The notes below the pieces were generated by a model. It did not search any database. It had not been told where the DNA came from and worked only from the letters and a program-made list of their open reading frames with translations. A program made the translations under genes and the position numbers. Below, in pieces: positions 1-9,504 of a stretch of DNA of 33,627 bases. The stretch's first letter is position 1. Every line of letters starts with the position of its first letter. The stretch comes from a virus. Lineage: Duplodnaviria; Caudoviricetes. The stretch spans positions 1 to 33,627 of the IMG/VR virus record IMGVR_UViG_3300034357_000077. The stretch is one strand, 5' to 3'.

Positions 1-338
1 TGCAACACTACCTTTAGCAGATGGAACAAACGCTGGGTTGTTTACACCAGCCGAAAAAACAAAATTAAGTGGAATACAAGCTGGAGCAGAAGTAAACGTA
101 AATCCAGATTGGAACGCTACATCTGGAGATGCATTTATACAAAACAAACCTACTATACCAACTGCCGTAACTCAAACAAGCCAATTAACAAATAACGGAG
201 CAGACGGAGTTAATCCTTTTATTACTGCATTAGATATACCAACTACTGGACAAGCATCAACTTTAGTTCGAGAGGTTAAAAATATGACTGGTGCTACTTT
301 AACTAAAGGAACAGTAGTTTATATTAGTGGTGCAAATG
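1..338. repeat. Contig-end overlap, left copy (equivalent to 33290-33627)
   Basis: Colinear with 33290-33627. Exact over 212-338 (127 bp), with about 18 mismatches in 1-211. Confidence 0.95.
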
Positions 339-943
339 GAAACAAACCATTAGTTTCAAAAGCATTAGCTACAACAGATGCTTTAAGTTCAAGAACATTT
401 GGATTATTGCAATCTAATATTTCAAACAATGGTTTAGGAAATTGCGTTATTATTGGTGATTTAAGTGGATTAGATACATCAGCATTTACAGAAGGTGCTC
501 AATTATATTTAAGTGGAGTTACTGCTGGTACATATACTGCAACAAAAATACTAGCACCAACGCATTTAGTTTATGTAGGTAAGGTTACAAGGTCTCATCC
601 AACATTAGGACAAATTGAAGTAGGAATACAAAATGGTTATGAATTAGAAGAAATACACGATGTATCTTTGTTAAGCGTAGCAGATAAACAATTATTGTCG
701 TATGATAGTGCAACATCACTTTGGAAAAATAAAAATCTAAACCAAATAGTTTCAGAAAGAAGAAACGCTAATAATACATCAAATAACAATATTAACTATT
801 GTGGAACGGCTCCAAATGGAAGCGCAGAAAGTTCGGCAGTATGGACAATAAAAAGATTAACAATAACTGCAAGTGGTTCAATTACTATTACAACTGCCAC
901 AAACGTAGCTTGGACAAATAGACAATCAGCAACATATAATTAA
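1..943 (+). CDS. 3' part of a virion fibre/decoration-type structural protein; the gene starts at 33105 and crosses the circular junction (about 375 aa)
   Basis: The frame of the 38..943 ORF is open back to base 2 and matches the frame of the ORF from ATG 33105 through the end overlap. Thr/Asn/Gly-rich, with GIQAGAEVNVNPDWNATSGDAFIQNKP and VKNMTGATLTKGTVVYISG motifs typical of phage fibre proteins. Confidence 0.6.
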   Translation, partial: ATLPLADGTNAGLFTPAEKTKLSGIQAGAEVNVNPDWNATSGDAFIQNKPTIPTAVTQTSQLTNNGADGVNPFITALDIPTTGQASTLVREVKNMTGATLTKGTVVYISGANGNKPLVSKALATTDALSSRTFGLLQSNISNNGLGNCVIIGDLSGLDTSAFTEGAQLYLSGVTAGTYTATKILAPTHLVYVGKVTRSHPTLGQIEVGIQNGYELEEIHDVSLLSVADKQLLSYDSATSLWKNKNLNQIVSERRNANNTSNNNINYCGTAPNGSAESSAVWTIKRLTITASGSITITTATNVAWTNRQSATYN

Positions 944-954
944 AAAATAAAACT

Positions 955-1245
955 ATGCCAATTACAAGTACAAACCCAATCGAAGTAGACGGAATTATTT
1001 ATCCATATTTTATGGTAAATTTAGCAATATCGCCATTAGTTAAAACAACTGATATAGGTGCAAGTGTTGCTATGAGATTAACACCTTACAGAGTTTTAGA
1101 GGATGGAAGTTCAGTAAGTTTACCAGACCATTCAATTCCTATTACTTATATGGATGTTTTCGATAGCGAAGATGCAGATGCTATAGATACAGCAAATACA
1201 ATTATGGGTGCTTTGCAAACATTTATTAACGATAAAAATCTATAA
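955..1245 (+). CDS. Small hypothetical virion-associated or fibre-assembly protein
   Basis: 96-aa ORF tightly packed between two fibre-like genes, with an A-rich leader. Confidence 0.5.
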   Translation: MPITSTNPIEVDGIIYPYFMVNLAISPLVKTTDIGASVAMRLTPYRVLEDGSSVSLPDHSIPITYMDVFDSEDADAIDTANTIMGALQTFINDKNL

Positions 1246-1247
1246 TT

Positions 1248-2516
1248 ATGGCTTTTAGATATGCAGTAGCAAGTGGTAACTGGAATAATACAGCTACTTG
1301 GGATGGCGGTACTTTGCCAACCGCATCAGACGATGTATTTTCAAATGGATTTACAGTTACTATAAATAGCACTTTCACAGTATTATCGATTAGAAATACA
1401 TTAAATGCAGCAGCACCTACTATTTTAGCTGGCGGTCAATTTATTTTTGCAAACAATGGTAATTTAACGTGTACTTCTTCACAAGCTATTTATGTAGGCT
1501 CAACAACACCAACGCTTGAAATGAATTTAACAAGTGGAAATACTGGTATATTTAATGGAAGTGTTGCTACAATAACTGCAATAGCGAATTATCATTGTAT
1601 AAAATTGTCAAGTTCTGGAACTTTAAATTTAAACGGAAATTATAGTGTTGACGGTGTTTTAACTTCTGTAAATAGATATATTATACAACATACGTCAACT
1701 GGAACTTTAAATATAGTTGGAGATTTATCTATTTCTTCTACATCGGGGTCGGGATTTGTAAATACTTTAAATATAACAAATACGGGAACTACAAATATTA
1801 CGGGAAATGTAACTAGTGGAACGGGACTAACTATAAATATTGTTACAATACAAACAAGCGGTTCTGGAGCAATTAATATTACGGGAAATGTAAGCACTAC
1901 TGGTTTTCCAGCAATAACAATGGGTGCAAGTAATGCTTTAACAATAATCGGAAATGTTACTAATACATCAGCACAACCCGCTATATTTAATCAAACATTA
2001 CCCGCAACAATTTCAGTTACTGGAATAATTACTGCAAGCGTATCAGCACCATCAATATACGCATCTTTTGCGCTTACAACTGGTTATTCTTCTGGTGCTT
2101 TTGTAAAAGTATCGGGGAACGTAGTAAACTCAACTAATAATATGGCAATTGTAGCACCAAGGGTAACAATAGATAGTGCTACATCTAGTTGGTTATTTCA
2201 AATAAGTACTGGCGGTAACAGAACACTTTATGCTTCTGGAGTAGCATTAGGAAACCCAATTGCTGAAAACGTAAGATTTGGAACAGTTTATGGAACATCT
2301 GGAGAACTTACTGGAGCATTAAGAGTACCAAGTGCTTCAAATGTATTAAGCGGTGTTTTAGTAGACAATACAACTGGAACGCTATTAATGACTCCAGCGC
2401 AATTTTGGAATTATTTAATTGCAAGTGGTTTTACTGCCGATAGTATTGGCGACAGATTGCAAAACGTTTCAACAGTTGCGACAACTGGGGGACAAATAGC
2501 TTCCTATAATATTTAA
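1248..2516 (+). CDS. Beta-solenoid-like fibre/adhesin structural protein
   Basis: 422 aa, very G/T/N/S-rich. Repeated SSGTLNLNGN / STGTLNIVGD / NTGTTNITGN / GSGAINITGN units and an N-terminal ASGNWNNTATWDGG motif. Confidence 0.6.
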   Translation: MAFRYAVASGNWNNTATWDGGTLPTASDDVFSNGFTVTINSTFTVLSIRNTLNAAAPTILAGGQFIFANNGNLTCTSSQAIYVGSTTPTLEMNLTSGNTGIFNGSVATITAIANYHCIKLSSSGTLNLNGNYSVDGVLTSVNRYIIQHTSTGTLNIVGDLSISSTSGSGFVNTLNITNTGTTNITGNVTSGTGLTINIVTIQTSGSGAINITGNVSTTGFPAITMGASNALTIIGNVTNTSAQPAIFNQTLPATISVTGIITASVSAPSIYASFALTTGYSSGAFVKVSGNVVNSTNNMAIVAPRVTIDSATSSWLFQISTGGNRTLYASGVALGNPIAENVRFGTVYGTSGELTGALRVPSASNVLSGVLVDNTTGTLLMTPAQFWNYLIASGFTADSIGDRLQNVSTVATTGGQIASYNI

Positions 2517-2535
2517 AAAAAATACACATCAAAAT

Positions 2536-2562
2536 GCAAAATAATTAACTAAAAACGTTATA
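2536..2562 (+). promoter_or_regulatory. Putative phage late promoter (CAAA...CGTTATA), copy 1
   Basis: gcaaaataattaactaaaaacgttata lies just upstream of ATG 2568. The motif recurs at 6452, 18278, 24615 and 32236. Confidence 0.65.
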
Positions 2563-2567
2563 TAAAT

Positions 2568-3020
2568 ATGAACACAGAAGCAAGAGTTTTAGCCACGCTA
2601 AACAAATTTAAAGAGGTACAAGCATCAAAACAAAATTTGGGTGCTGACAAAAACTATGTTAAAAATAAAGTTGAATTAGGTCTTGTAGATGAATTAGAAT
2701 ATTCATTAGCAGATTTGAATGCATTTTTATCGGAACAACAATCAGTATTGAATAGTTTTGATTCAGAAGTAGCAAAAGCAACTTCTATAATAGATAATTT
2801 AATGAGAGATATTCAATTTAAAGTTACTGATAGTAATACATTAGCAAGTGGAAGAGCAGATATGAATAAATTATCAGACATAGCAAATCAATTAGGAGTA
2901 CCAGTAACTGATCTTTATCCAGATTTTGATGAATATACTGCGCGTATGCAAGAAATTGATGCAAATAGTGAATTATTAGATGAAAAAGCAAATATGTTAG
3001 ACAATCTTGGATTACTTTAA
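2568..3020 (+). CDS. Hypothetical alpha-helical protein (possibly internal head protein)
   Basis: 150-aa ORF with a KVELGLVDEL motif, following the late-promoter motif. Confidence 0.5.
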   Translation: MNTEARVLATLNKFKEVQASKQNLGADKNYVKNKVELGLVDELEYSLADLNAFLSEQQSVLNSFDSEVAKATSIIDNLMRDIQFKVTDSNTLASGRADMNKLSDIANQLGVPVTDLYPDFDEYTARMQEIDANSELLDEKANMLDNLGLL

Positions 3021-3035
3021 TAAATAAATAAAAAA

Positions 3036-3578
3036 ATGAAAAACACAGAAATTTTAAGAAGAGTAAACGCTTTACTAAACAGAAACGTAAGATTAGAACA
3101 AGCAACATTGGATAACGGAACAGTTATCGAGTTCGATAGTTTATCTGCTGGTTCACCTATTTTCGCAATCAATGGAGAAAACAAAGATCCGTTAGAAGTA
3201 GGAACTTATACATTGGCAGATGGTACAATTATCGAGGTAGCTGAAATTGGTGCTATTGCAGAAGTAAAAATGCCAGAAGCAGAAACAGAAGAAGTAGAAG
3301 CTGGTTACGACAAGAAAAAAGAAAAAATGGAAGAGATGCCAGCTACTATTGAAGAAATAGTAACAGCAGTAGTAGATGCTATACAGCCAACCTTAGATGA
3401 GATGCAATTAAAAATCGATGCTTTAGGCGGTGCTACAACTGAAATGAAAGCTACTCTTTCAACTGAAAAAGCTAGAAAACCTTTAACACACAAACCAGCT
3501 CAAAAAGTAGAATTAAAATCAAATTCACTTGATCCACAATCTATAATTTTTGCAAAATTAGCAAACCTAAATAACTAA
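3036..3578 (+). CDS. Capsid scaffolding protein (putative)
   Basis: Acidic protein with PLEVGTYTLADG and a coiled-coil C-terminus, upstream of the major capsid gene. Confidence 0.6.
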   Translation: MKNTEILRRVNALLNRNVRLEQATLDNGTVIEFDSLSAGSPIFAINGENKDPLEVGTYTLADGTIIEVAEIGAIAEVKMPEAETEEVEAGYDKKKEKMEEMPATIEEIVTAVVDAIQPTLDEMQLKIDALGGATTEMKATLSTEKARKPLTHKPAQKVELKSNSLDPQSIIFAKLANLNN

Positions 3579-3581
3579 CAA

Positions 3582-3962
3582 ATGGCTTTAACAGTACTTG
3601 GAGTAAACAATAAATTGTCGCCAGATATAGTGCCAAAAACTCATACTTTGCCAGAATATGTTCAAGTTCCTTCAGCGTGGGATTATAGATATGACCTTGT
3701 AATACCAATGAATGTAAGTTCGGGAGGTGCTAACGTAAACCAAACTATGATATTAATTAATGAATTTTTAATAGCTCAAGTTGGAACTATTGTATCTGCG
3801 GATTTTGATACGGACAATGATACAGTAACGGCTTGGGGAGATTGGACAGATATTAGTACAAGACACACACCAACTAATAACGACACATCAATGCAATATC
3901 TATTGAGTGCAACAGTTAATCAATATCTACTATCAGCAACAATTTATGTAAATTCAAGATAA
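3582..3962 (+). CDS. Putative capsid decoration protein, paralog of 3975-4352
   Basis: 126 aa between scaffold and MCP. N- and C-terminal patterns resemble the next ORF. Confidence 0.45.
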   Translation: MALTVLGVNNKLSPDIVPKTHTLPEYVQVPSAWDYRYDLVIPMNVSSGGANVNQTMILINEFLIAQVGTIVSADFDTDNDTVTAWGDWTDISTRHTPTNNDTSMQYLLSATVNQYLLSATIYVNSR

Positions 3963-3974
3963 AAAAAATAAAAA

Positions 3975-4352
3975 ATGGCAATAGTAAATAACGGAACTTT
4001 AAACGGACTACCAGCAGAAAAACTGCCAATTGGTTATACATTACCTACTGCGACTTTAATACCAGATTTTCATTACATAAAAAGTCACGTAATTTCTTTA
4101 CCAGTTAGTAGTACGGCATCATCAACGGCAGTAGCGACAATGGGGGCAATTGTAAGTGGCGTAACTACGGCAGTAACAGCACTTTTAACCGCAGAACTTT
4201 TGACAAGCGCAACTATTACTGGATATACAGTAATAAATAGTTTGACAACTACTTTTGCGCCATCAAACAACAACACAACACAAGGGTTTCTAAATAAAAA
4301 TTCAGCGTTAAATTATTTAGTTCGAGTAACAATTTATATAAAAGCAATCTAA
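3975..4352 (+). CDS. Putative capsid decoration protein, paralog of 3582-3962
   Basis: 125 aa, Thr/Ala-rich. Shares xTLP, (Y/H)Y, PxNNxT and TIY(V/I) patterns with the preceding ORF. Confidence 0.45.
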   Translation: MAIVNNGTLNGLPAEKLPIGYTLPTATLIPDFHYIKSHVISLPVSSTASSTAVATMGAIVSGVTTAVTALLTAELLTSATITGYTVINSLTTTFAPSNNNTTQGFLNKNSALNYLVRVTIYIKAI

Positions 4353-4376
4353 AAAAAACAATAAAAAAATAAAATT

Positions 4377-4808
4377 ATGCCAACAACAATTTCAATTTCA
4401 AATCAAGTATTACGTGAGAGAGCAAAAACAATAACTCCAGTCGTATCAACAACATTATCAGAAGCAGAGTCTTTTCAAGAAGTAAATGTAGGAACTGATG
4501 CTTTAGTTTTAACATTGCCAAAAATTACTGCTGAAAATTTAGGTTTAACCTATACTTTCAGAAATACTGGTGCAGATGCTAACAACATTATTACAATTTC
4601 ACCAAACGCATTGGATGCTTTTATCGGGGGTTTTCCTTTCGTAACTGGCTCAACTGCATCTATGAATAGAGCAAGTGGAACAGTAAACAAAGATTTCATC
4701 AATACCAAAGCAACATCTAAAAAAGGCGATTGGGTTACAATTAAAGCAGTATCATTAACAAATTGGTACATCCAAGGCGGTCAAGGTGTATGGGCATCAG
4801 AAGCATAA
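4377..4808 (+). CDS. Putative head decoration/head fibre protein
   Basis: LTLP...GLTYTF...ITISPN...KKGDWVTI...WYIQGGQGVWA pattern, immediately upstream of the MCP. Confidence 0.5.
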   Translation: MPTTISISNQVLRERAKTITPVVSTTLSEAESFQEVNVGTDALVLTLPKITAENLGLTYTFRNTGADANNIITISPNALDAFIGGFPFVTGSTASMNRASGTVNKDFINTKATSKKGDWVTIKAVSLTNWYIQGGQGVWASEA

Positions 4809-4835
4809 TCAATAACGAGAAAAAAATAAAATAAA

Positions 4836-5783
4836 ATGAGAAATTTAAGAAACACAAAATTAAGTACAGTAAACACGATTAACACGACTTACGCTGGGGA
4901 GTTCGCTGGTAATTATATTGCAGCTGCAATTTTATCTGCAAACACTATTGCAAATAATGGAGTAACAGTAAGACCAAATATTAAGTTTAAAGAAGTAGTT
5001 AAGACTTTAACTTCAACTAATATTATTCAAGATGCAACTTGTGATTTTGATGATAGCGGAGTAGTAACACTATCAGAGAAAGTATTAACAGTACAAGAAA
5101 AACAAGTCAACTTACAACTTTGTAAAACACCATTTCAATCTGATTGGGATGCAGTACAAATGGGTTATAGCGCATTTGATGTAATGCCATCTTCATTTTC
5201 TGATTTCTTTATCGGAAAAATTTTAAAAGACGTTGCATTAAACACTGAAAACTTTTTATGGAATGCTACAAACGGATTTCCTAAATTGTTAGTTGACGAT
5301 GGCGCAATTAAAGAAACTTCTGTTGCTATTGATAGTACAAACGTATTAGACAAAATGAAAGCAGTAGTAGCTAAATTGCCACAAGCATTATATGGTCGTG
5401 AAGATTTGAGATTATTTGTATCTCAAAAAGTAGCTAAAGCATATATCTCGGCTTTAGGAGGATTTGGAGCATCTGGTTTAGGTTCAAATGGTTTTGCAAA
5501 TCAAGGAACAACTTGGTACACAAACGGAACTGCACTTACTTTTGAAGGAATTCAAATCTTTGTTGCAAACGGATTAAATGCAGTTGATAGTGGAAACTCT
5601 ATGGTATTAACAACTATTGAAAACCTTTACTTCGGAACTGGTTTAATGGATGACTATAACCTAGTAAAAACCATTGATATGCAAGACATTGACGGATCGA
5701 AAAATGTTCGATTTATAATGAGATGGACGCAAGGTCTTCAAGTAGGATTTGGTGCTGATTCAGTAGTATTCTCATCATTGTAA
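4836..5783 (+). CDS. Major capsid protein
   Basis: 315 aa with TTYAGEFAGNYIAAAILS, QVNLQLCK and NLYFGTGL...DGSKNVRFIMR motifs that I recognise from Bacteroidetes-phage MCPs. Followed by a strong terminator. Confidence 0.8.
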   Translation: MRNLRNTKLSTVNTINTTYAGEFAGNYIAAAILSANTIANNGVTVRPNIKFKEVVKTLTSTNIIQDATCDFDDSGVVTLSEKVLTVQEKQVNLQLCKTPFQSDWDAVQMGYSAFDVMPSSFSDFFIGKILKDVALNTENFLWNATNGFPKLLVDDGAIKETSVAIDSTNVLDKMKAVVAKLPQALYGREDLRLFVSQKVAKAYISALGGFGASGLGSNGFANQGTTWYTNGTALTFEGIQIFVANGLNAVDSGNSMVLTTIENLYFGTGLMDDYNLVKTIDMQDIDGSKNVRFIMRWTQGLQVGFGADSVVFSSL

Positions 5784-5786
5784 TTT

Positions 5787-5809
5787 AAAGGGGCAGAAAT
5801 GCCCTTTTT
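5787..5809 (+). terminator. Intrinsic terminator after the MCP gene
   Basis: aaaggggca-gaaa-tgcccttttt hairpin followed by a T tract. Confidence 0.8.
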
Positions 5810-5836
5810 ATTAATTAACTTTTAAAAAATATATAT

Positions 5837-6376
5837 ATGGCTTGTACATTAACAACTGGTCGTAAATTAGCTTGTAAAGATGCCGTTGGAGGTATCAAGG
5901 CGGTTTATTTGGCAGAGTACGGAACTCTAGGAACTGCAACAATAGGAGCAACTGGATATGTAACTGCATTTTCTTTAACAAATTATACTTTGTATGAATA
6001 CGATGTAAAGAGTGCATCGGGTTTAGAGCAGACAATTAATTCAAGTGATGATAACGGAACTACATTTTACGAGCAAGTATTGACATTAGTATTGAATAAA
6101 CTTGATCCTTTGACACAAGTAGAATTACACAAAGTAATAGCAAACAGACCACACGTTTTCATACAAGATAATAATGGGAATTATTTAGCAGTAGGAATGA
6201 CTAGAGGTACGACTACAACTGGTACAATATCAAGTGGAATAGCTTTAGGCGATTTAAATGGATATACATTGACAATAACGGCACAAGAGCCATTAATGGC
6301 ACAATTTGTAACTGCATCGTTAGTAACTAGTAAAATAGCTGGTGGTTCAACACCAACTCAAATTACACCAATATAG
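5837..6376 (+). CDS. Major tail tube protein (putative)
   Basis: MACTLTTGR..CKDAVGGIKAVY, NGTTFYEQVL and GDLNGYTLT motifs; 179 aa. Confidence 0.65.
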   Translation: MACTLTTGRKLACKDAVGGIKAVYLAEYGTLGTATIGATGYVTAFSLTNYTLYEYDVKSASGLEQTINSSDDNGTTFYEQVLTLVLNKLDPLTQVELHKVIANRPHVFIQDNNGNYLAVGMTRGTTTTGTISSGIALGDLNGYTLTITAQEPLMAQFVTASLVTSKIAGGSTPTQITPI

Positions 6377-6421
6377 GGATATATTGACAAATGGGATTGA
6401 GGAATTACTCGGTCGGAAAAT

Positions 6422-6449
6422 ACACTCAATCTATTGGGTGTTTTTTTTT
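6422..6449 (+). terminator. Intrinsic terminator
   Basis: acactcaat-ct-attgggtgt followed by a T run. Confidence 0.75.
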
Positions 6450-6451
6450 AT

Positions 6452-6477
6452 GCAAAATTTAAAATTATTACGTTATA
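6452..6477 (+). promoter_or_regulatory. Putative phage late promoter, copy 2
   Basis: gcaaaatttaaaattattacgttata immediately after a terminator and just before ATG 6483. Confidence 0.65.
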
Positions 6478-6482
6478 CTAAT

Positions 6483-6839
6483 ATGACAATACTTACGACA
6501 TCTGCATCGCAAACATTTCCAATAATTCCAATTAACCAAATTGACCAAAGTGGAAATACTATTACTTTAGAGTTTACAAATGAAACAACAAAAGTAATAA
6601 CTACTAGAGTTGTAACTACTAGAGTATCTATAAATGACATTTATTACATAACAAATAATAATTTGTCTTTTTTACAAGAAAATACCTTTTACGTTTTAAA
6701 AGCTTATTTTACTGGGAGTGGAGTAGTTATATACAGAGATAGAGTATTTTGCACAAATCAAGCACAAGGAAGTTATTCGATTAATAATGGTCAATATCTT
6801 GTACCAACTATAGATAATAATAGTTACATAACAATATGA
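6483..6839 (+). CDS. Hypothetical virion (head completion) protein; start revised from 6342 to 6483
   Basis: The upstream part of the listed ORF spans a terminator and promoter. ATG 6483 gives MTILTTS...IYRDRVFCTNQ...YSINNGQY. Confidence 0.55.
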   Translation: MTILTTSASQTFPIIPINQIDQSGNTITLEFTNETTKVITTRVVTTRVSINDIYYITNNNLSFLQENTFYVLKAYFTGSGVVIYRDRVFCTNQAQGSYSINNGQYLVPTIDNNSYITI

Positions 6840-8593
6840 AAGAAAAAAAAGAACAACCAAAGAAGTCGCCACTTGGATTTGTACAACTATCGACTTATAC
6901 TAGTCCAAAAATAGTTGAAGTAAAAAATCAAGAATGGATTGCTTATGGCGAAGACAATGATTATTTTGGTTATTTGCAAGATAGGATAAACGGAAGTCCG
7001 ACAAATAATGCAATTGTAAATGGTATCAGTCAAATGATATTTGGTAAAGGAATTGATAGTACAGATGCTTTATTGAAACCAGAAGACTATGCGCAAGCGA
7101 TGTTATTACTTGATAACGATACAGTTGAAAGACTATGCTACGATTTAAAAGCTATGGGTAATTGTGCGGTTCAAGTTGTATATTCACTTGATCGTACACG
7201 AATTGTAGAATGCAATCATTTTCCAGTTGAAACTTTGCGAAGTGGAAAATGTAATGAAGATGGCGATGTAGAATTTTATTACTACGCAGAAGATTGGACT
7301 GAAATAAATACTCGTAAATTACCATTGGCAATTCCAGCCTTTGGCACAAGTCAAGAGAGTGAAGAAATTTTATTTATAAAACCATACAAAACTGGTTTCT
7401 ATTATTATTCTCCAGTAGATTATCAAGGGGGTTTACAATATTGTGAACTTGAAGAAGAGATTTCAAATTACCATTTAAACAACGTAATGAATGGAATGGC
7501 ACCAAGTATGTTAATCAATTTCAATAACGGCACACCTACTGAAGATGAGCAAAAACAAATAGAAAGAGACATACAAGCCAAATTTAGTGGAACTTCAAAC
7601 GCTGGGAGATTTATCATTTCTTTTAATGATAACAATACGCTTTCTTCATCTATCGAGCCAGTTCAGTTAAGTGATGCACATAATCAATATCAATTCCTTT
7701 CAGATGAAAGTATGCGTAAAATTATGGTTGCACATAGAGTAATTAGCCCTATGCTTTTAGGTATTAAAGACAATACTGGCTTTGGAAACAATGCAGATGA
7801 ATTAAAGACCGCATCTATTTTAATGGACAATACAGTTATCAGACCATTTCAAAACTTACTAATCAAATATTTTGATGAAATACTTGCTTTTAATGGAATT
7901 TCATTAAAACTTTATTTTAAGACTTTACAGCCATTAAATTTTGAGCAGCCTATAAATTCTCCAATACCGAATAATGATGCCTTAAATCCATCTCAAAATG
8001 CCCTTAAAAAGGACGTGCCGACTTTAGACACAGAGTTAGGAAAGCAAATATTATCAAATCTAAAGGGAGAAACAAAAAAAGATAACTGGATGTTGATTGA
8101 TATTCGACCATCAAACGAAAATGACAAGCAATTAAATTCACAGTTAAAAAAATTAAGTTTAGCAAGTGTTATTCCAAGTAGTGCAAATGAAGAAAGTGAA
8201 CAAGATAATTTACTTTTTAAAATAAGATATGAGTATGTAGGCGACAAAAATCCAGAACGTGAATTTTGTCAAAAAATGATGTCTGCTGGTTTACTTTACA
8301 GATATGAAGACCTTGACAAAGATGCTAATTACAATGCTGGTTTTGGAATAAATGGTGCAAGTAACTATAATTTATTTTTATATAAGGGAGGGGTTAATTG
8401 CAAACATTGGTGGATGCGTAAAGTCTTTATGCAGATTAATGACCAAGAGATTTCAGTTAATGAAGCAAGACGAATTATAAAAGAAATTTTACCTAACTTA
8501 AGAGGAGAATTTGAATTTCCAACTAATCCAATTGAAGTAGCACAAATAGCAAGTGAGTATAACGATTTTTGGAGATATAACGAAGGAATATAG
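6836..8593 (+). CDS. Portal protein with a C-terminal extension
   Basis: WIAYGEDNDY, SPTNNAIVNG, NGMAPSMLINFNNG, FSGTSNAGRF, AHRVISPMLLGI and IRPFQ portal motifs, plus about 200 extra C-terminal residues. Confidence 0.8.
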   Translation: MKEKKEQPKKSPLGFVQLSTYTSPKIVEVKNQEWIAYGEDNDYFGYLQDRINGSPTNNAIVNGISQMIFGKGIDSTDALLKPEDYAQAMLLLDNDTVERLCYDLKAMGNCAVQVVYSLDRTRIVECNHFPVETLRSGKCNEDGDVEFYYYAEDWTEINTRKLPLAIPAFGTSQESEEILFIKPYKTGFYYYSPVDYQGGLQYCELEEEISNYHLNNVMNGMAPSMLINFNNGTPTEDEQKQIERDIQAKFSGTSNAGRFIISFNDNNTLSSSIEPVQLSDAHNQYQFLSDESMRKIMVAHRVISPMLLGIKDNTGFGNNADELKTASILMDNTVIRPFQNLLIKYFDEILAFNGISLKLYFKTLQPLNFEQPINSPIPNNDALNPSQNALKKDVPTLDTELGKQILSNLKGETKKDNWMLIDIRPSNENDKQLNSQLKKLSLASVIPSSANEESEQDNLLFKIRYEYVGDKNPEREFCQKMMSAGLLYRYEDLDKDANYNAGFGINGASNYNLFLYKGGVNCKHWWMRKVFMQINDQEISVNEARRIIKEILPNLRGEFEFPTNPIEVAQIASEYNDFWRYNEGI

Positions 8594-8595
8594 AT

Positions 8596-9099
8596 ATGGC
8601 AACAACATTATTCATAACACCAAAAGACTTAAAGTCAAATACCATATTGAACGGAAATGTGGACACTGATATTTTTATTAATTTTATCAAGATTGCACAA
8701 CAGATGCACGTTCAAAATTATCTAGGTACTCAACTTTACAATGCTATTACTACTAAAATAACTACTGCAACTTTGACTGGAGATTATTTAGATTTAGTAA
8801 CAGATTATATACAGCCAATGTTAATTCATTATGCAATGGTAGATTATTTACCTTTTGCAAATTATCAAATTAGAAACGGAGGAGTGTTCAAACATCGGAC
8901 TGAAAATTCAGAAAGTACAACCAAAGATGAATTAGATTTATTGGTTCAAAAACACAGAACATTTGCAGATTTTTACACTAAAAGATTTGTAGATTATATG
9001 GGAATTTATGCATCAAGTTTATTCCCAGAGTACTGGCAAAATAGAAATGATGATATGTATCCAGACAGAAATCCTAGTTCAGTTAGCTGGGTGCTATAA
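8596..9099 (+). CDS. Head-tail connector/adaptor protein (putative)
   Basis: NGNVDTD...IKIAQQMHVQNYLGT.LY pattern, directly after the portal gene. Confidence 0.6.
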   Translation: MATTLFITPKDLKSNTILNGNVDTDIFINFIKIAQQMHVQNYLGTQLYNAITTKITTATLTGDYLDLVTDYIQPMLIHYAMVDYLPFANYQIRNGGVFKHRTENSESTTKDELDLLVQKHRTFADFYTKRFVDYMGIYASSLFPEYWQNRNDDMYPDRNPSSVSWVL

Positions 9100-9100
9100 G

Positions 9101-9205
9101 TAATTTAACGCCATTTTTAGGCATTTTAAGGAACTTTCTACAGTTTCTATATTAGTTGTTAATAATTGAGAGAACGTTAAAAATCCTATTGTGATGATAG
9201 ATAGA
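9101..9205 (+). repeat. Dispersed two-box intergenic element, copy A
   Basis: gcattttaaggaact at 9121 and ttaaaaatcctat at 9177. Homologous to 21469-21537 and 32146-32215. Confidence 0.75.
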
Positions 9206-9339
9206 GAGAGCAAAAAATGTAAAATCAAAAATGATGATTTTCAACATAAAAATGAAAAATTGAACATAAAAAAGACATATAAAATAAAAAACTCCAATAT
9301 TAAAAAAATGATGGAATACTTAAAAATTGAAGAATCAAA

Positions 9340-9504
9340 ATGACACAAGAAAACATAAAAGTAATTGCAGTAAACGGAACAATTTTTGGACTGTCATTTA
9401 CAAGTATAGAACACACAATGAAACTTATACTTTTGGCTATGTCGATTTTATATACCGGAATAATGATTTATAAACTATTAACTAAAAAAGATGCAAATAA
9501 GTAA
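9340..9504 (+). CDS. Holin (putative), absent from the ORF track
   Basis: 54 aa, MTQENIKVIAVNGTIFGLSFTSIEHTMKLILLAMSILYTGIMIYKLLTKKDANK. Hydrophobic helix with a basic tail, overlapping the endolysin start. Confidence 0.65.
   Translation: MTQENIKVIAVNGTIFGLSFTSIEHTMKLILLAMSILYTGIMIYKLLTKKDANK

Noticed and set aside
1-338. Diversity-generating retroelement TR/VR pair or true direct terminal repeat
   Set aside because: The mismatches are mostly synonymous and not adenine-specific, there is no reverse transcriptase, and the exact 127-bp match points to an assembly overlap.
6342-6482. N-terminal extension of the listed 6342-6839 ORF, or stop read-through of the tail tube gene
   Set aside because: The extension crosses a terminator and a promoter motif. 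Read-through of TAG 6374-6376 would add only about 8 residues before TGA.
9101-9205. Dispersed element as CRISPR repeat, IS end/MITE or intrinsic terminator
   Set aside because: The copies are kilobases apart with no spacer array, no terminal inverted repeats or transposase, and no GC stem with a U tract.
9194-9343. Possible 49-aa Lys-rich ORF between repeat copy A and the holin
   Set aside because: It is low complexity, starts inside the repeat and has no clear function. It may be real at its 3' end, but I cannot support it enough to list.
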